A DNA stretch of 64,000 nucleotides, taken from Oligoflexales bacterium (GTDB lineage: Bacteria; Bdellovibrionota_B; Oligoflexia; Oligoflexales; Bog-1112). Location of the stretch: NCBI GenBank assembly GCA_045105515.1, contig JBGCDR010000181.1:1-64000 (forward strand), read 5' to 3'. A program made the translations under genes and the position numbers. The notes below the pieces were generated by a model. The model ran no database searches. It worked only from the letters and a program-made list of their open reading frames with translations, and was not told where the DNA came from. Shown here piece after piece: positions 48,629-61,150 of this stretch. Position 1 is the stretch's first letter. Each line of letters begins with the position of its first letter.

Positions 48629-50035
48629 TTGTATATGCTTTATTTCAGACACCTCATTTTTTTTGTCTCCATACAAATACTAGGACTAACTCCATTACCT
48701 TGTTTAGCAAGTCAGGAACTAGACTGGCTCGCTTTCGGCGATATACGCGGCAACATAGAAACATGCGGATGTGACCCAAGAACTGATCTAGGGGGAATTG
48801 AGCGCATTGCGAGTTTAATCGCCCGAGAACGAGCAGTAAATCCTCATATATTAATATTGGATCTCGGCAACAACTTTCACAAAAACGAAGCCATCAAATC
48901 TAAATACTTGGCCCATGGATTAACCCAAATTGGTGCAAGTGCTTCTTTAGTGAACCACGCAGAACTACAAATTAATCCTAGCTTGTGGGGTGATAGGTCA
49001 TTTGTGATTGGTAACTTAAATAAAAAACACAGAGCTTACTCGCAAACCAAACCTTTCATAGTGCATAATAATATTCTCATACTAGGTTATCACTGGGATG
49101 AGGATCATAAAGAATTTCTTGGCCGCTGGAACAAGCATCTATCAAAAACTTACAAAGAATATCTTGATAAATTTCCTAAGCACCAGAAGGTTCTTTTATT
49201 TAGTGGACCTATTTCTGACCTTCACAAAATTGCAACTACTAATTGGTTTAACCTTATAATTAGCAGCAATACAAAGCATGAAGATGAAAAACCGGGTTTT
49301 GAAGAAAAAGAAAATCCAGATAGGCTGCTTAGGTTTGAAAAGCCTTTTGTACGTATGGTCCCGCTTGGAGGTATCGGAGTTTTAAGAGGTGGCAAACTCA
49401 TGCAAAAAGAAGCACCTTCTCTTGCTAAGCTATTTGAATCTTCCTCTGATATGAGTTCTACAGGCTCAGAACTCTCCTTTGGACATAAATTGAATTCAGT
49501 TCCATCTGAAAATTCAGCGCTGAACTCTGTTACTGTTTCATGGTTAGACTACACATTCGACGAGGGTTCACCTCTTAATAACCTTATGCAAGCTTATAAT
49601 GCAGAAACTAAGGAGGTTTTTGAAAAAATTGCTAAATCACGATTAAAAGACCTTCAAAACACGTCTTTTATCGGTGCTAACGCATGTAAAACATGCCATC
49701 CCAAAGCCTTTAAAACATGGGATAAATCAAATCATGCTCATGCTTATGACACTTTGGAAAACGCGGGAAAAGACAAAGACCCTGAATGTGTTTCATGTCA
49801 CGTCCTAGGATTTTCAGAAAAGGGGGGATTTATTTCAAAAAAAGAAAGCCCGCAGTTTGCACATGTCCAATGTGAAAATTGCCATGGCCCAGGCAAAGCT
49901 CACGCTCAAAATCCAAATCAACCCCCAAGCAGTAATCAAGCAAAAAACATCTGTGTCAGCTGTCATCACGTCCCCCACTCTTCAAACTTCGTCTTTGACT
50001 CTTACTGGAAAAAAATTCAGCATGGGCAAAAATAG
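48629..50035 (+). CDS. Exported UshA/5'-nucleotidase-like domain fused to a tetraheme cytochrome c
   Basis: GDIRGNIETCGC...GGIERIA...LDLGN; four CxxCH motifs (CKTCH, CVSCH, CENCH, CVSCH). Confidence 0.8.
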   Translation: MYMLYFRHLIFFVSIQILGLTPLPCLASQELDWLAFGDIRGNIETCGCDPRTDLGGIERIASLIARERAVNPHILILDLGNNFHKNEAIKSKYLAHGLTQIGASASLVNHAELQINPSLWGDRSFVIGNLNKKHRAYSQTKPFIVHNNILILGYHWDEDHKEFLGRWNKHLSKTYKEYLDKFPKHQKVLLFSGPISDLHKIATTNWFNLIISSNTKHEDEKPGFEEKENPDRLLRFEKPFVRMVPLGGIGVLRGGKLMQKEAPSLAKLFESSSDMSSTGSELSFGHKLNSVPSENSALNSVTVSWLDYTFDEGSPLNNLMQAYNAETKEVFEKIAKSRLKDLQNTSFIGANACKTCHPKAFKTWDKSNHAHAYDTLENAGKDKDPECVSCHVLGFSEKGGFISKKESPQFAHVQCENCHGPGKAHAQNPNQPPSSNQAKNICVSCHHVPHSSNFVFDSYWKKIQHGQK

Positions 50036-50090
50036 GCTAGTCAATGCTATAATATGCAAAACGTCTTAAATTAATCTAGTAGGACTACGA

Positions 50091-51020
50091 ATGCCACATC
50101 CCCTCAGTAGAAGAATGGCAGTAAGAATGATTCCATTTGGATTGGTAATTGGGACATGTACAGTCCTTCTCCAATGTTTAAACAATAAGAAAAAGAAAAA
50201 CGATCAAACAGGCGAAGAACTTGAAGAAGGATCAGGTACACCTACCTTCGAACAAGAAAACCCTAAAGAAGAGTTAAAAAAAGAAGACTCCAGTAACAAG
50301 CAAAAAGACAATACACCGAATGTTTTCCAAACTACGAAGCCAAATTGTATTGATGGATCAAACCAAATTGCAATAGATAAAGTACAAGATGCAGAAGAAG
50401 CCTTTGATCCGATCATAAAACTATTCGGGCTCGAAAGTAATGCGATGATAGTAATCGCCCTGCCTAAATACCAGCATAGTAACTTGAAGGATATTTTTTT
50501 GCTAACCAATACGGGGACACTACTAGCTCATAAAGGTATTGGCCAACTCAGTGATATTGATGTAGATAAGACCTTAAAACCCGTCGTATTTGACAACATA
50601 TTCATTGGAAACCATCGACGATTTGCACTTCTTTATCAGACTATAGACAACTTGTATTCAAAACATGTCCTGGGAAAATCCATTCAGTTTGAAACAAATT
50701 TTAATGGAAAGAAAGTCTATGGGCTCACTCCAGTGTCAGTACCAACTCAAGACTATTTCAAATCATATATTAACAACATTGTAGAGCCAATCAAAGAACA
50801 GTTTGATTATCAGCAGGATCAAAATATCCCTATTTTTGCAGGCCTTGATACCAAATTCCATCCTTTAACCTTAGATAAGAATAGCCTAATTACTGACCTA
50901 ATTGGCACGAGCTTGAATACCACAAATGGAGAATTCAAGGATTTCGGTCGGCATAATATGTTTATTCATTACAAATTGGTTGAAGACTTTTATTTAAGAA
51001 CCATAATCAAGATTGTGTGA
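50091..51020 (+). CDS. Hypothetical protein with twin-arginine-like lipoprotein signal
   Basis: SRRMAV...hydrophobic...LLQC. Confidence 0.6.
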   Translation: MPHPLSRRMAVRMIPFGLVIGTCTVLLQCLNNKKKKNDQTGEELEEGSGTPTFEQENPKEELKKEDSSNKQKDNTPNVFQTTKPNCIDGSNQIAIDKVQDAEEAFDPIIKLFGLESNAMIVIALPKYQHSNLKDIFLLTNTGTLLAHKGIGQLSDIDVDKTLKPVVFDNIFIGNHRRFALLYQTIDNLYSKHVLGKSIQFETNFNGKKVYGLTPVSVPTQDYFKSYINNIVEPIKEQFDYQQDQNIPIFAGLDTKFHPLTLDKNSLITDLIGTSLNTTNGEFKDFGRHNMFIHYKLVEDFYLRTIIKIV

Positions 51021-51994
51021 GTTTCTCTATGCCTTCAATATGTAATAGAATTGTATTAGATCGAAGAAAATTTGTATCCTTAGGATCAATGCTAAGTATT
51101 TCAAATTATGTTGCGATTATTGACAAGCTATTTGCAGACAATCATTGCACTAAAATTGACATAAAAAATGATCTATCACCAATTGGTATATTTGATGAAT
51201 CAATTTTTTATTGGATCGATGGAATGCGACCTGGCTCCAGTTCGAATATTGCCTTTTATATCCATCTAAAGCAAACAAATGAGGAATACGTTGAGAGGGT
51301 AGTATTGACCAGTGCGGAAAAAAAAACCCTCGGAGCAAGATACTATGACCCAAAAGCTGCAAACTCAAAAGGCTTTGCTCCCTATATGATCTTCAATCAA
51401 ATTGATCTGAAGTTTAGTAAAAAAATATTCTTGGTGGTACAAGTAAAAACCGGCAACAGTATAAAAATTTACCGCTATACTCTCGATACTACAAAACTAT
51501 CGCAAAGTAAGCTTCACATGGAGAAGCTTCCCCTCGAACTAATGAGCGACTTTAAGGATAAACATGCGGGGCAGTGTTACTCCAGCTATCACTTTCAAGT
51601 CAAAGCTGTGCGAGAACAAATTTGCAATAATCTAGGATTAACAATGCCATGTTTTAATTCTCTTTTTCCTACACCAAAAATAAAATCTATTTCAGAAAAC
51701 TCGCAATTTAGCTTGGATGTATTAAATCGCTACCCAGATATTAGTTCAGAGAACTACATGCGCTACTTTTTTCTAACTGACCCTGTTGGTCGGCACTTGG
51801 CAATCCATAAGAGAAATTATCAGGACAATTATTCCGAACTTATCCCTCTATTTACCTTGTCGAGTGACTTCTGGAAATCAAGATGGGGTGTCGTAGCCGA
51901 AATGGTGCCCAGAATTAATGACTGCCCATACCTTTTATTATTTTCAGAAAACCCTAAGTATGGGATTTTTTACAGCCATATTTGGCTTCGTTAA
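51017..51994 (+). CDS. Hypothetical protein with twin-arginine-like signal
   Basis: DRRKFVSLG; GTGA overlap with the previous gene. Confidence 0.6.
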   Translation: MSFSMPSICNRIVLDRRKFVSLGSMLSISNYVAIIDKLFADNHCTKIDIKNDLSPIGIFDESIFYWIDGMRPGSSSNIAFYIHLKQTNEEYVERVVLTSAEKKTLGARYYDPKAANSKGFAPYMIFNQIDLKFSKKIFLVVQVKTGNSIKIYRYTLDTTKLSQSKLHMEKLPLELMSDFKDKHAGQCYSSYHFQVKAVREQICNNLGLTMPCFNSLFPTPKIKSISENSQFSLDVLNRYPDISSENYMRYFFLTDPVGRHLAIHKRNYQDNYSELIPLFTLSSDFWKSRWGVVAEMVPRINDCPYLLLFSENPKYGIFYSHIWLR

Positions 51995-52274
51995 GATATA
52001 AACAGAACCTCACCTGTAAAAATCAACCAAGAACTTTCATTAATCTAACAAAGTACTAAAATTAATAGTATATTTTCAAGAATTTCTAACAATAACCCCT
52101 CTATTTTGATCATAAAATATAGTGATTAGTCATTTAATATTGGTCTAATAAAGTTTTTTTTGGATCTTTTTCGCGCACATTCCGAAACATATAGTATCAA
52201 ACGGAAATACATCATATTACTAAGAACTCTCATCTTCTCTTTGCTTGAAGATGGGTATTTAGAAGGTCAAAGAA

Positions 52275-52760
52275 ATGGAAACCAACACTAACCCAATAGC
52301 AGTTAGTAACATCAAAATCTTCGAAAATGGTCTTAAAAAGCTAGTAGACGACTTCTTTTCAGATGCCAACCAATCGAAAGAAAAATTGCATACGATGGTC
52401 AATCAAATTAAACAGCTGAATACAGATAATATGTATAAGGATTGCTTTCCTAAAATTTGTAAAAATTGCAGAGAAACTTACAAATGTAAGAATGATTATA
52501 GTGAAAAGACGGTACCACTCCTCCATGAAAATGATGAAATAGGTATGTACGATCAGAAATGTGGATTTATTGAGTATGCGAACTGTAACTGTGGTACTAC
52601 CTTAGTTCTAGTACTACGAAAAATAAGAAATGACTCTAAATTCGGCAGCGAAAAGCGTAGGATTTTCAATAATTGGCTAGAAAGATTAGGCGACCAGTTC
52701 CCGCAAGTAAGGAAAAAAGATTTGAGTGAAATCCTCCGCTTCCTTTACCGGCATGTTTAA
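52275..52760 (+). CDS. Small Cys-motif (putative metal-binding) hypothetical protein
   Basis: FPKICKNC...NCNCGTTL. Confidence 0.6.
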   Translation: METNTNPIAVSNIKIFENGLKKLVDDFFSDANQSKEKLHTMVNQIKQLNTDNMYKDCFPKICKNCRETYKCKNDYSEKTVPLLHENDEIGMYDQKCGFIEYANCNCGTTLVLVLRKIRNDSKFGSEKRRIFNNWLERLGDQFPQVRKKDLSEILRFLYRHV

Positions 52761-52893
52761 TTTATTATTCTTTTTCGAATCCCTCCCTCCTCTTTTAATT
52801 AAATAGAGCATCATATACGTCTAATGCAGGAAGAAGTTTCTTATGCTACGATGGGAAAATCTGCAGGTATTTTCCACTGAAGGAGCCAACCTT

Positions 52894-53880
52894 ATGAGTA
52901 CTCGGCATTTTACGCCTTATCAAAAGATTGCTGCACTATTGCTCTCATTTGGTAAAGACATTGCTGCACAAGTTCTCAAGCAAATGAGCAAGGAAGAGGT
53001 AAAGAAAGTAACTAGAGCTTTGCAAGATTTAGGGCAGATCGAAAAAATTCAGATCGACGAGCTAAGCAATGAATTTTATCAAGTATTGCAAAGTGAAGAT
53101 ATCCACTTAAAAGGAGGAAAAAGAAAGACTATAGAGCTATTAAAACATAGCTTCAAAGGTGAAAAAGGAGAATCTCTTGCCCATGAGATAGAAAACTCTA
53201 ACCCTCAACTTGAAGCAGTAAACCTTGCAACTGCCAAGGTGTTAAGTACTCTAATCAGCAACGAACACCCGCAAACAATTGCTATTGTAATTGCATTTTG
53301 TGATCCAATAAAAGCTGGGCAAGTACTTAAGTTGCTACCAGAGTCCCTTCATAGTGAAGTTTTCATGAGGATAGCAAACCTCGACACAGTTTCTGCTGAA
53401 ATAGTAGAAGAACTTGATGAAACTTTAAAAAAGCAGATTGAAGAACGCAGCCCTGGCAATCAAAGAAAAGTGGGAGGAATCGAACAAATTGTAGGGATGC
53501 TCAACAAACAAGATTCCAAGCAAAGAGAAATATTTCTAATCGGTCTAGAAGAACGAGATCCTCAGCTTGTACAAGCAGTAAGAGAGCGATTATTTACCTT
53601 CAGTCATCTACTTAAGCTATCAGATAAGGATCTACAAAGCGTTTTAAGCCACATCAATCGAGAGCGGTTAAAAGTTGCACTGGCTGGCGAAAGCAGGAAA
53701 CTAGTCGAAAAGTTTATGCTAAACATGTCTAAAAGATCTGCAGAAAGCTTGCATGAAGACCTAGAAAACCGGAAAAAATTAAGAAAATCTGAGGTGGCTC
53801 AAGCACAACAAGAAATTTTAACAAAAATTAAATTATTGGCTGATCAAGGAGTCATCTCACTTTTTGATGAAACCGTCTGA
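52894..53880 (+). CDS. fliG: Flagellar motor switch protein FliG (orphan copy)
   Basis: QKIAALLLS, EHPQTIA, GG hinges, LFTF, MSKRSAESLHEDLE; start at ATG 52894 after AAGGAG. Confidence 0.88.
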   Translation: MSTRHFTPYQKIAALLLSFGKDIAAQVLKQMSKEEVKKVTRALQDLGQIEKIQIDELSNEFYQVLQSEDIHLKGGKRKTIELLKHSFKGEKGESLAHEIENSNPQLEAVNLATAKVLSTLISNEHPQTIAIVIAFCDPIKAGQVLKLLPESLHSEVFMRIANLDTVSAEIVEELDETLKKQIEERSPGNQRKVGGIEQIVGMLNKQDSKQREIFLIGLEERDPQLVQAVRERLFTFSHLLKLSDKDLQSVLSHINRERLKVALAGESRKLVEKFMLNMSKRSAESLHEDLENRKKLRKSEVAQAQQEILTKIKLLADQGVISLFDETV

Positions 53881-53948
53881 AAGGTTTATATTTGGATTCC
53901 ACAAAACTAAATAGCTTTGGCAATTAAAACCTATCTCAGAAAAAATAC

Positions 53949-54245
53949 TTAGTTTTCTTCTGAACCAGCATCAGCTGAAGTTTGAATTTCCTTTCCGGAT
54001 TCACTAGGCAAAGAACCTCCTTTGCTCTCTTTATCCCAATCTCTTTTTGCTTGAGTATAAGAATCCCCTAACCACTTACTTACATGATCTAAGGTAGTAT
54101 GCATCCGACCTGGCTCACATTTCACCGAGAGGGTTCTGCAATTCTCGAGATAGTTCTTCTCGCCCCTAAGCGACAAAGCCACCAAAACAACCAAGGCAAT
54201 ACTTACTACCAATATAAACCAAAAAAAACTCTTAATCTTACCCAT
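53949..54245 (-). CDS. Small membrane-anchored hypothetical protein
   Basis: N-terminal TM helix; SD GGAG. Confidence 0.6.
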   Translation of the reverse strand: MGKIKSFFWFILVVSIALVVLVALSLRGEKNYLENCRTLSVKCEPGRMHTTLDHVSKWLGDSYTQAKRDWDKESKGGSLPSESGKEIQTSADAGSEEN

Positions 54246-54332
54246 TATCTCTCCCTCAAGTAAGGGGCAATCATTGCATGAGCATTACTGTCCAAGCTAT
54301 TAAATCAGTTTTTAAGGATACAAGCAAAGGCC

Positions 54333-56358
<2,026 letters not shown>

Positions 56359-56472
56359 ATCCTCCAGATTAATAATGAATTGCTACCCACAATCAGGGGA
56401 GTTCATGCTATTAAATTCTTGAAATAAGGGAAAGTTGGATGATGGCTACATCAGAATGAATGTGAGCCCAAA

Positions 56473-56499
56473 GTCATCTCGACTTTAAGGAGAGATCTC
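56473..56499. repeat. Half copy of the palindromic repeat
   Basis: GTCATCTCGACTTTAAGGAGAGATCTC matches the left arms at 5078 and 40881. Confidence 0.6.
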
Positions 56500-56506
56500 A
56501 AAGCAG

Positions 56507-57922
56507 CTAAATCAAAGAGCCGGTCAACGCAGTCTTATTTGCCCCATCCACTTTGACCATGGCCAATTCACCCATTAAAGGTCTACGCGAGCGAACGCGA
56601 ATCAATCGAAAATGAGTCGTCCTTCCATAGTAAATACCGGGCTCTTTTAAGCTTTCGTAGAGAAATAACACTTCTCTGTCTTTACCTATCTCTGACTCAT
56701 TTTGAGAAATCGTAATCTCATTTTGCAATTTGTTGAGCCTGGCTAGACGCTCTGCCTTGACTGTTTCAGGAACCTGATCTTTGAACCGAATTGCTGCAGT
56801 ACCTTTACGAGGAGAATACATAAACGCATAAGAAAAGCAGAATTGCACTTTTTCAATCAGGTCTAAGGTAGCCTGGAAGTCTTCCTCTGTCTCTGAAGGA
56901 AATCCAACAATTAAATCTGTTGAAATTGCCATATCGGGAACAGCTTCTCTTAACCAAAGAACCCTTTGCAAGTATTCTTCAACAGTAACTTTACGTTTCA
57001 TAGCACCAAGGATTACGTCACTGCCACTTTGAACAGGAAGATGAAAGTAAGTTCCCAGTTTTCTTTCTTTAGCAAATAGATCAGCTAAAGGTTTTGTTAG
57101 GTCATGAGGATTAGAGGTCGTAAAGCGTAGCCGTTTGAGCTGAGAGATCGAAGCAACTTCTGCTAACAAGTCGACAAAAGGACCTGCAGATGATGGATCT
57201 ATTTGACCATTTTTCTGTAAATCTTGGCCATAGCTATTAACGTTCTGGCCTAAAAGAGTTATTTCCGAAGCTCCGTGAAGAACATGAGCCTTAGCTTTCG
57301 CATAGATAACTTTAGGAGTTTCACTCACTTCCCTTCCGCGAGTAAAAGGCACCACACAGAAGGTACAAAAATTATCACAACCTTGTTGAATGTTTACAAA
57401 GCGTGAAACTTCATTTTTTCCGAAAAGGCTTGGTGTTATGTCTACACTCTGCTGACAAGAAAGATCACCAGTAGGTAAATCGTCATATTTAGGTTTGTTA
57501 AATCCAATTGACATGGCCTGAGAACCACTATCTTGGCGCTGCTTAAGTAAACGCGGAAGCTCGTCTATCTTCCCAGGTCCCATTAGGATATCGATCGTTG
57601 GAGCCTGCTTCAGCAACTTTTTACCTTCAGCTTGAGCCACGCATCCAGCAACAGCAATCTTCAATTCTTTATTTTCTTGTTTTAGCTCCTTCAGAACTCC
57701 CAGGCGACTTACAACTTTATGTCGCGCTTTTTCCCGAATATGACAAGTATTGAGAACAATCAAGTCTGCATCCGAAGGGTCCTCGGTTAGGAGAAAGTCC
57801 TCCTTTTGCATAAGCGCCAGGATTTTTTCACTGTCAGCTACATTCATCTGACAGCCCCACGTTTCAATATGTATGCGTTTAGCTTTTGCTTTTAAAACGG
57901 AATCATCCACTGAATGACTCAT
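56507..57922 (-). CDS. miaB: tRNA-2-methylthio-N6-dimethylallyladenosine synthase
   Basis: TWGCQMN, NTCHIRE, GCVAQ, radical SAM CDNFCTFC, C-terminal TRAM domain. Confidence 0.96.
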   Translation of the reverse strand: MSHSVDDSVLKAKAKRIHIETWGCQMNVADSEKILALMQKEDFLLTEDPSDADLIVLNTCHIREKARHKVVSRLGVLKELKQENKELKIAVAGCVAQAEGKKLLKQAPTIDILMGPGKIDELPRLLKQRQDSGSQAMSIGFNKPKYDDLPTGDLSCQQSVDITPSLFGKNEVSRFVNIQQGCDNFCTFCVVPFTRGREVSETPKVIYAKAKAHVLHGASEITLLGQNVNSYGQDLQKNGQIDPSSAGPFVDLLAEVASISQLKRLRFTTSNPHDLTKPLADLFAKERKLGTYFHLPVQSGSDVILGAMKRKVTVEEYLQRVLWLREAVPDMAISTDLIVGFPSETEEDFQATLDLIEKVQFCFSYAFMYSPRKGTAAIRFKDQVPETVKAERLARLNKLQNEITISQNESEIGKDREVLFLYESLKEPGIYYGRTTHFRLIRVRSRRPLMGELAMVKVDGANKTALTGSLI

Positions 57923-57947
57923 GGCATCTCTTTCTAATTGGAGGAAA

Positions 57948-59507
57948 TTATTTCTTACGATTACGCTTACGACTATTTTTTGCCGCTCGCCTCGCCTTTT
58001 TGACTTTATCTTTGTCTACCCGTTTTAAGGCAGGAGAGCCTCCAGGCAAGTGAGCTCCAGCTCCTTCCATACCACCCATCATACTCGCAAGGCTACCCAT
58101 ATCAGGCATCCCTCCACCGGTAGCCATTTTTCGCATTTGGTTCATTTGAGATAGCTTATTCATTCCAGGGATTTTCCCCATCAAGCCACCCATGTTTTTT
58201 CCTAGGTTGCCCATCATTGAGTGCATGGTCTTAAAGCGCTTAACTAGTTCGCTCACTTCCTTAGCACTACGACCGCTTCCCATTGCTATTCGCTTAGCAC
58301 GGCTCTGGCTCTGATAAAGTAGGTTCGGATTGAGGCGCTCTTTTTCAGTCATAGAGTCAATCATAGCTTTGATACGACCTAGCTCTTTTTCATCCACATT
58401 AACATCTTTAGGAATCATGTTTTGCATGGGGAGCTTTGCCATGATGTCTTTGAGAGGTCCCATTTTTTGAATCATGGAGATCTGCTCATAAAAGTCCCTG
58501 AAATTGAACTGGCCACTCAACATGCGCATAGCTTCTTCTTCGCTATCCCCGTCAGCAACCCTTTCAAAGTCCTCCATCAAGCCAACAATATCACCCAAGC
58601 CAAGAATTCGGCTTGCTAACCCTTCAGGTCTGAATTCTTCAAGTCTCTCAAGGTCCTCTCCTATTCCAAGAAACTTAATAGGAGCACCAGTTACTTCTTT
58701 TATACTTAAGGCAGCACCACCCCTGGCATCGCCATCGAGCTTAGTCATCACGACACCACTCAAGTCGAGCCGTTCGTGAAAAGCTTTAGCAGTTGTGACA
58801 GCATCTTGCCCCATCATTGCATCGCAAACGAGGAGGATATTGTCGGGGTGACATTCAGATTTGATATCAGAAAGCTCATCCATCAACTTGTCATCAATGG
58901 TAAGTCGGCCTGCAGTATCGAAGAGTAATGTATCGCAGTCAAGCTCCATTGCTTTTTGCTTGGCTTTAACACAGATTTCTACTGGAGAGGTGTTTTCCAA
59001 ATGAAATACTGGGACATCAATCCGTTCACCAAGAACTTTTAACTGGTTAACCGCTGCAGGTCGGTAAATATCAGCAGCTACCAGCAAAGGCTTCCTCTTA
59101 TTGCGAATCAAATACTTTGCCAGCTTACCAGTAGTGGTGGTTTTTCCTGTTCCTTGCAATCCAACCATCATAATGGAGGCTGGACGGTTATTCGGAAGAC
59201 TCAAACTAGTATCAACAGGGCCCATCAAGCCCTCTAGCTCTTCCTTACAGATTTTTATGAAATGATCACCTGGGCTTACCTTTAACTTATCGCCACCTTT
59301 CCCTGCCTTTAGAGAAACAACTTCCCCTAAAGACTTCTCTTTAACACGAGAAAGGAAGATTTTTGCAACTGAATACTCCACATCAGCTTCTAGAAGACTT
59401 CGGCGAATATCACCCATTGCCTCGTTGATATTGTCTTCCGATAACTTTGTTTTTCCTTGAAACTTTTCTGTAGCTTTTTTGAATCCATTACTGAGGACGT
59501 CAAGCAT
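57948..59507 (-). CDS. ffh: Signal recognition particle protein
   Basis: GLQGTGKTTT, DTAGR, TKLDGDARGG, Met-rich M domain. Confidence 0.97.
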   Translation of the reverse strand: MLDVLSNGFKKATEKFQGKTKLSEDNINEAMGDIRRSLLEADVEYSVAKIFLSRVKEKSLGEVVSLKAGKGGDKLKVSPGDHFIKICKEELEGLMGPVDTSLSLPNNRPASIMMVGLQGTGKTTTTGKLAKYLIRNKRKPLLVAADIYRPAAVNQLKVLGERIDVPVFHLENTSPVEICVKAKQKAMELDCDTLLFDTAGRLTIDDKLMDELSDIKSECHPDNILLVCDAMMGQDAVTTAKAFHERLDLSGVVMTKLDGDARGGAALSIKEVTGAPIKFLGIGEDLERLEEFRPEGLASRILGLGDIVGLMEDFERVADGDSEEEAMRMLSGQFNFRDFYEQISMIQKMGPLKDIMAKLPMQNMIPKDVNVDEKELGRIKAMIDSMTEKERLNPNLLYQSQSRAKRIAMGSGRSAKEVSELVKRFKTMHSMMGNLGKNMGGLMGKIPGMNKLSQMNQMRKMATGGGMPDMGSLASMMGGMEGAGAHLPGGSPALKRVDKDKVKKARRAAKNSRKRNRKK

Positions 59508-59659
59508 AATTTAAAACTCCCACTTCGGGGCAAAAGATAAAGGCTCCCCATTTTAAACTAGTGCCTATATAACGAATCCGGTATGTCAGTCAATAAATGT
59601 ATTGCAATCGTCTGCAAAAAGATATCAAGTCGCCGATTTTGTAAAATTTTACTCAGAAC

Positions 59660-61150
59660 TTACCAGGTCTTAATTTGGGGCCGAGGCCGCCTATTAGACC
59701 AAGCAAAAGCACCTTTGCTTTGATCTTTCAGCTTTAAAGGGGCCCATCTCTTAGAGCTTGGAGGAAGGTTTACAATAGTATAATTGTACGTTCCCATAGG
59801 AAGATGAAGGACTTTATATCGGCCATTATCAACAACAAAAGAGGTTTCCCCGATTATGCCTTCATAAAGATATGAGGTATGGGATAGGTTATCCATATCT
59901 CCCTCATCACGCAGATAACACCGAATTGGGCGGTTGCCACTGAGTAGCATCAGTGAAGCTAGACTTAAGCTAAGGTTGTCATCATGATAGAGTGGATTCC
60001 AACAACTAGTGCTAGCCCTTAAAGGCAACTCTAACAACTGTAACTTTTCCCGTTCTCCAAGCACGCTGAATGGGTTCATGCTTATTGCCGTCTTTAGAAC
60101 CTGACTAGCCACATCCTGATCCGGCTGAATTTGAACCCATAGCTCTTTTGTTCGGTGAAGAGTTCGAGGAATATGAACCCTTAGCTGACCTAAGCGGTTT
60201 GATTTATCAAGAAGTTTCTGAAAAAAACTCAACTCCCGAGTTGCCTGCTCAATCCCAATTTCTCCCCAACGAAAACTATCTGCTGATGAACTTTGGCATA
60301 AGCCTTTTTGCCAAATTTTGGACCTCATCACAAGCGGCAGCTCCTTAGCATGTGATAAGGAAAGCAAGGAGCAGAATTGCTCCATTTCATCAAACTGGGA
60401 ACGGTTAAGCAATAACTGGGCAAGCTGTTTTGTTATGGTAAGTCTTCTCAGAAATAGATAGGGCTGTCTCTTCCACTTTCGCAAAATATGTTTTTGCATC
60501 TTTTTCAAACGACTAATTGCAGAACCAGCATCTAGAGATGCCAGCTCACAAACAAACCCCTCACCGGCAAGTTCTCTAATCTTACAATCTGGAGCCATTT
60601 CTTCCAAAAGCTGTGTCAACACTTCTCGAAATCCAGTTATAAGTTTATGGTTCGGACTTTTTTGACACAAAAAAGTCCTCAAGGTTGAAACCTGCTCTTT
60701 ATTAGCAGGAATCCAAAATTTATTTTCACCTTCATTAAAATCTACTTCAAACAGTGATTCCGAGCTTGTCTCCAAAGGCCCTAAAATCCTAACGTATTTG
60801 ATCTCGTGCTTCGGTTTTAAAATTAATGGTAAAGTCAGTGAAATAGGGAGGGTTTGTAGGGAGCACCAAGTACGAGGCAAAGGGATTACACTGTAACCTC
60901 CATCCTGAGCAAAAGCAGGATGGACATTGATCTGTGCTTCCAACTGACTAAGCTTGGGAGAATCATTAACCTCAGCCTTAATCTCTATTTTCTGATTTTC
61001 TGATGTAGATGAAATTTTTTGGACCCTGAGCTTATTAGATAAAAGCACAGGCTCTCTCTGAGTAGCAGTACAAGCACCCAAGAAAGTGACGAATACCATC
61101 AGTAATTTAAAAAATTGCGATTTCCTGAACAGCAAGATCAACTTTTTCAT
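59660..61150 (-). CDS. Hypothetical Cys-containing lipoprotein
   Basis: Lipobox FLGAC; start overlaps the tail-tube-like gene by 44 nt. Confidence 0.7.
   Translation of the reverse strand: MKKLILLFRKSQFFKLLMVFVTFLGACTATQREPVLLSNKLRVQKISSTSENQKIEIKAEVNDSPKLSQLEAQINVHPAFAQDGGYSVIPLPRTWCSLQTLPISLTLPLILKPKHEIKYVRILGPLETSSESLFEVDFNEGENKFWIPANKEQVSTLRTFLCQKSPNHKLITGFREVLTQLLEEMAPDCKIRELAGEGFVCELASLDAGSAISRLKKMQKHILRKWKRQPYLFLRRLTITKQLAQLLLNRSQFDEMEQFCSLLSLSHAKELPLVMRSKIWQKGLCQSSSADSFRWGEIGIEQATRELSFFQKLLDKSNRLGQLRVHIPRTLHRTKELWVQIQPDQDVASQVLKTAISMNPFSVLGEREKLQLLELPLRASTSCWNPLYHDDNLSLSLASLMLLSGNRPIRCYLRDEGDMDNLSHTSYLYEGIIGETSFVVDNGRYKVLHLPMGTYNYTIVNLPPSSKRWAPLKLKDQSKGAFAWSNRRPRPQIKTW

Noticed and set aside
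48755..48775. Selenocysteine codon in the CGC motif
   Set aside because: The codons are TGC and TGT; there is no in-frame TGA
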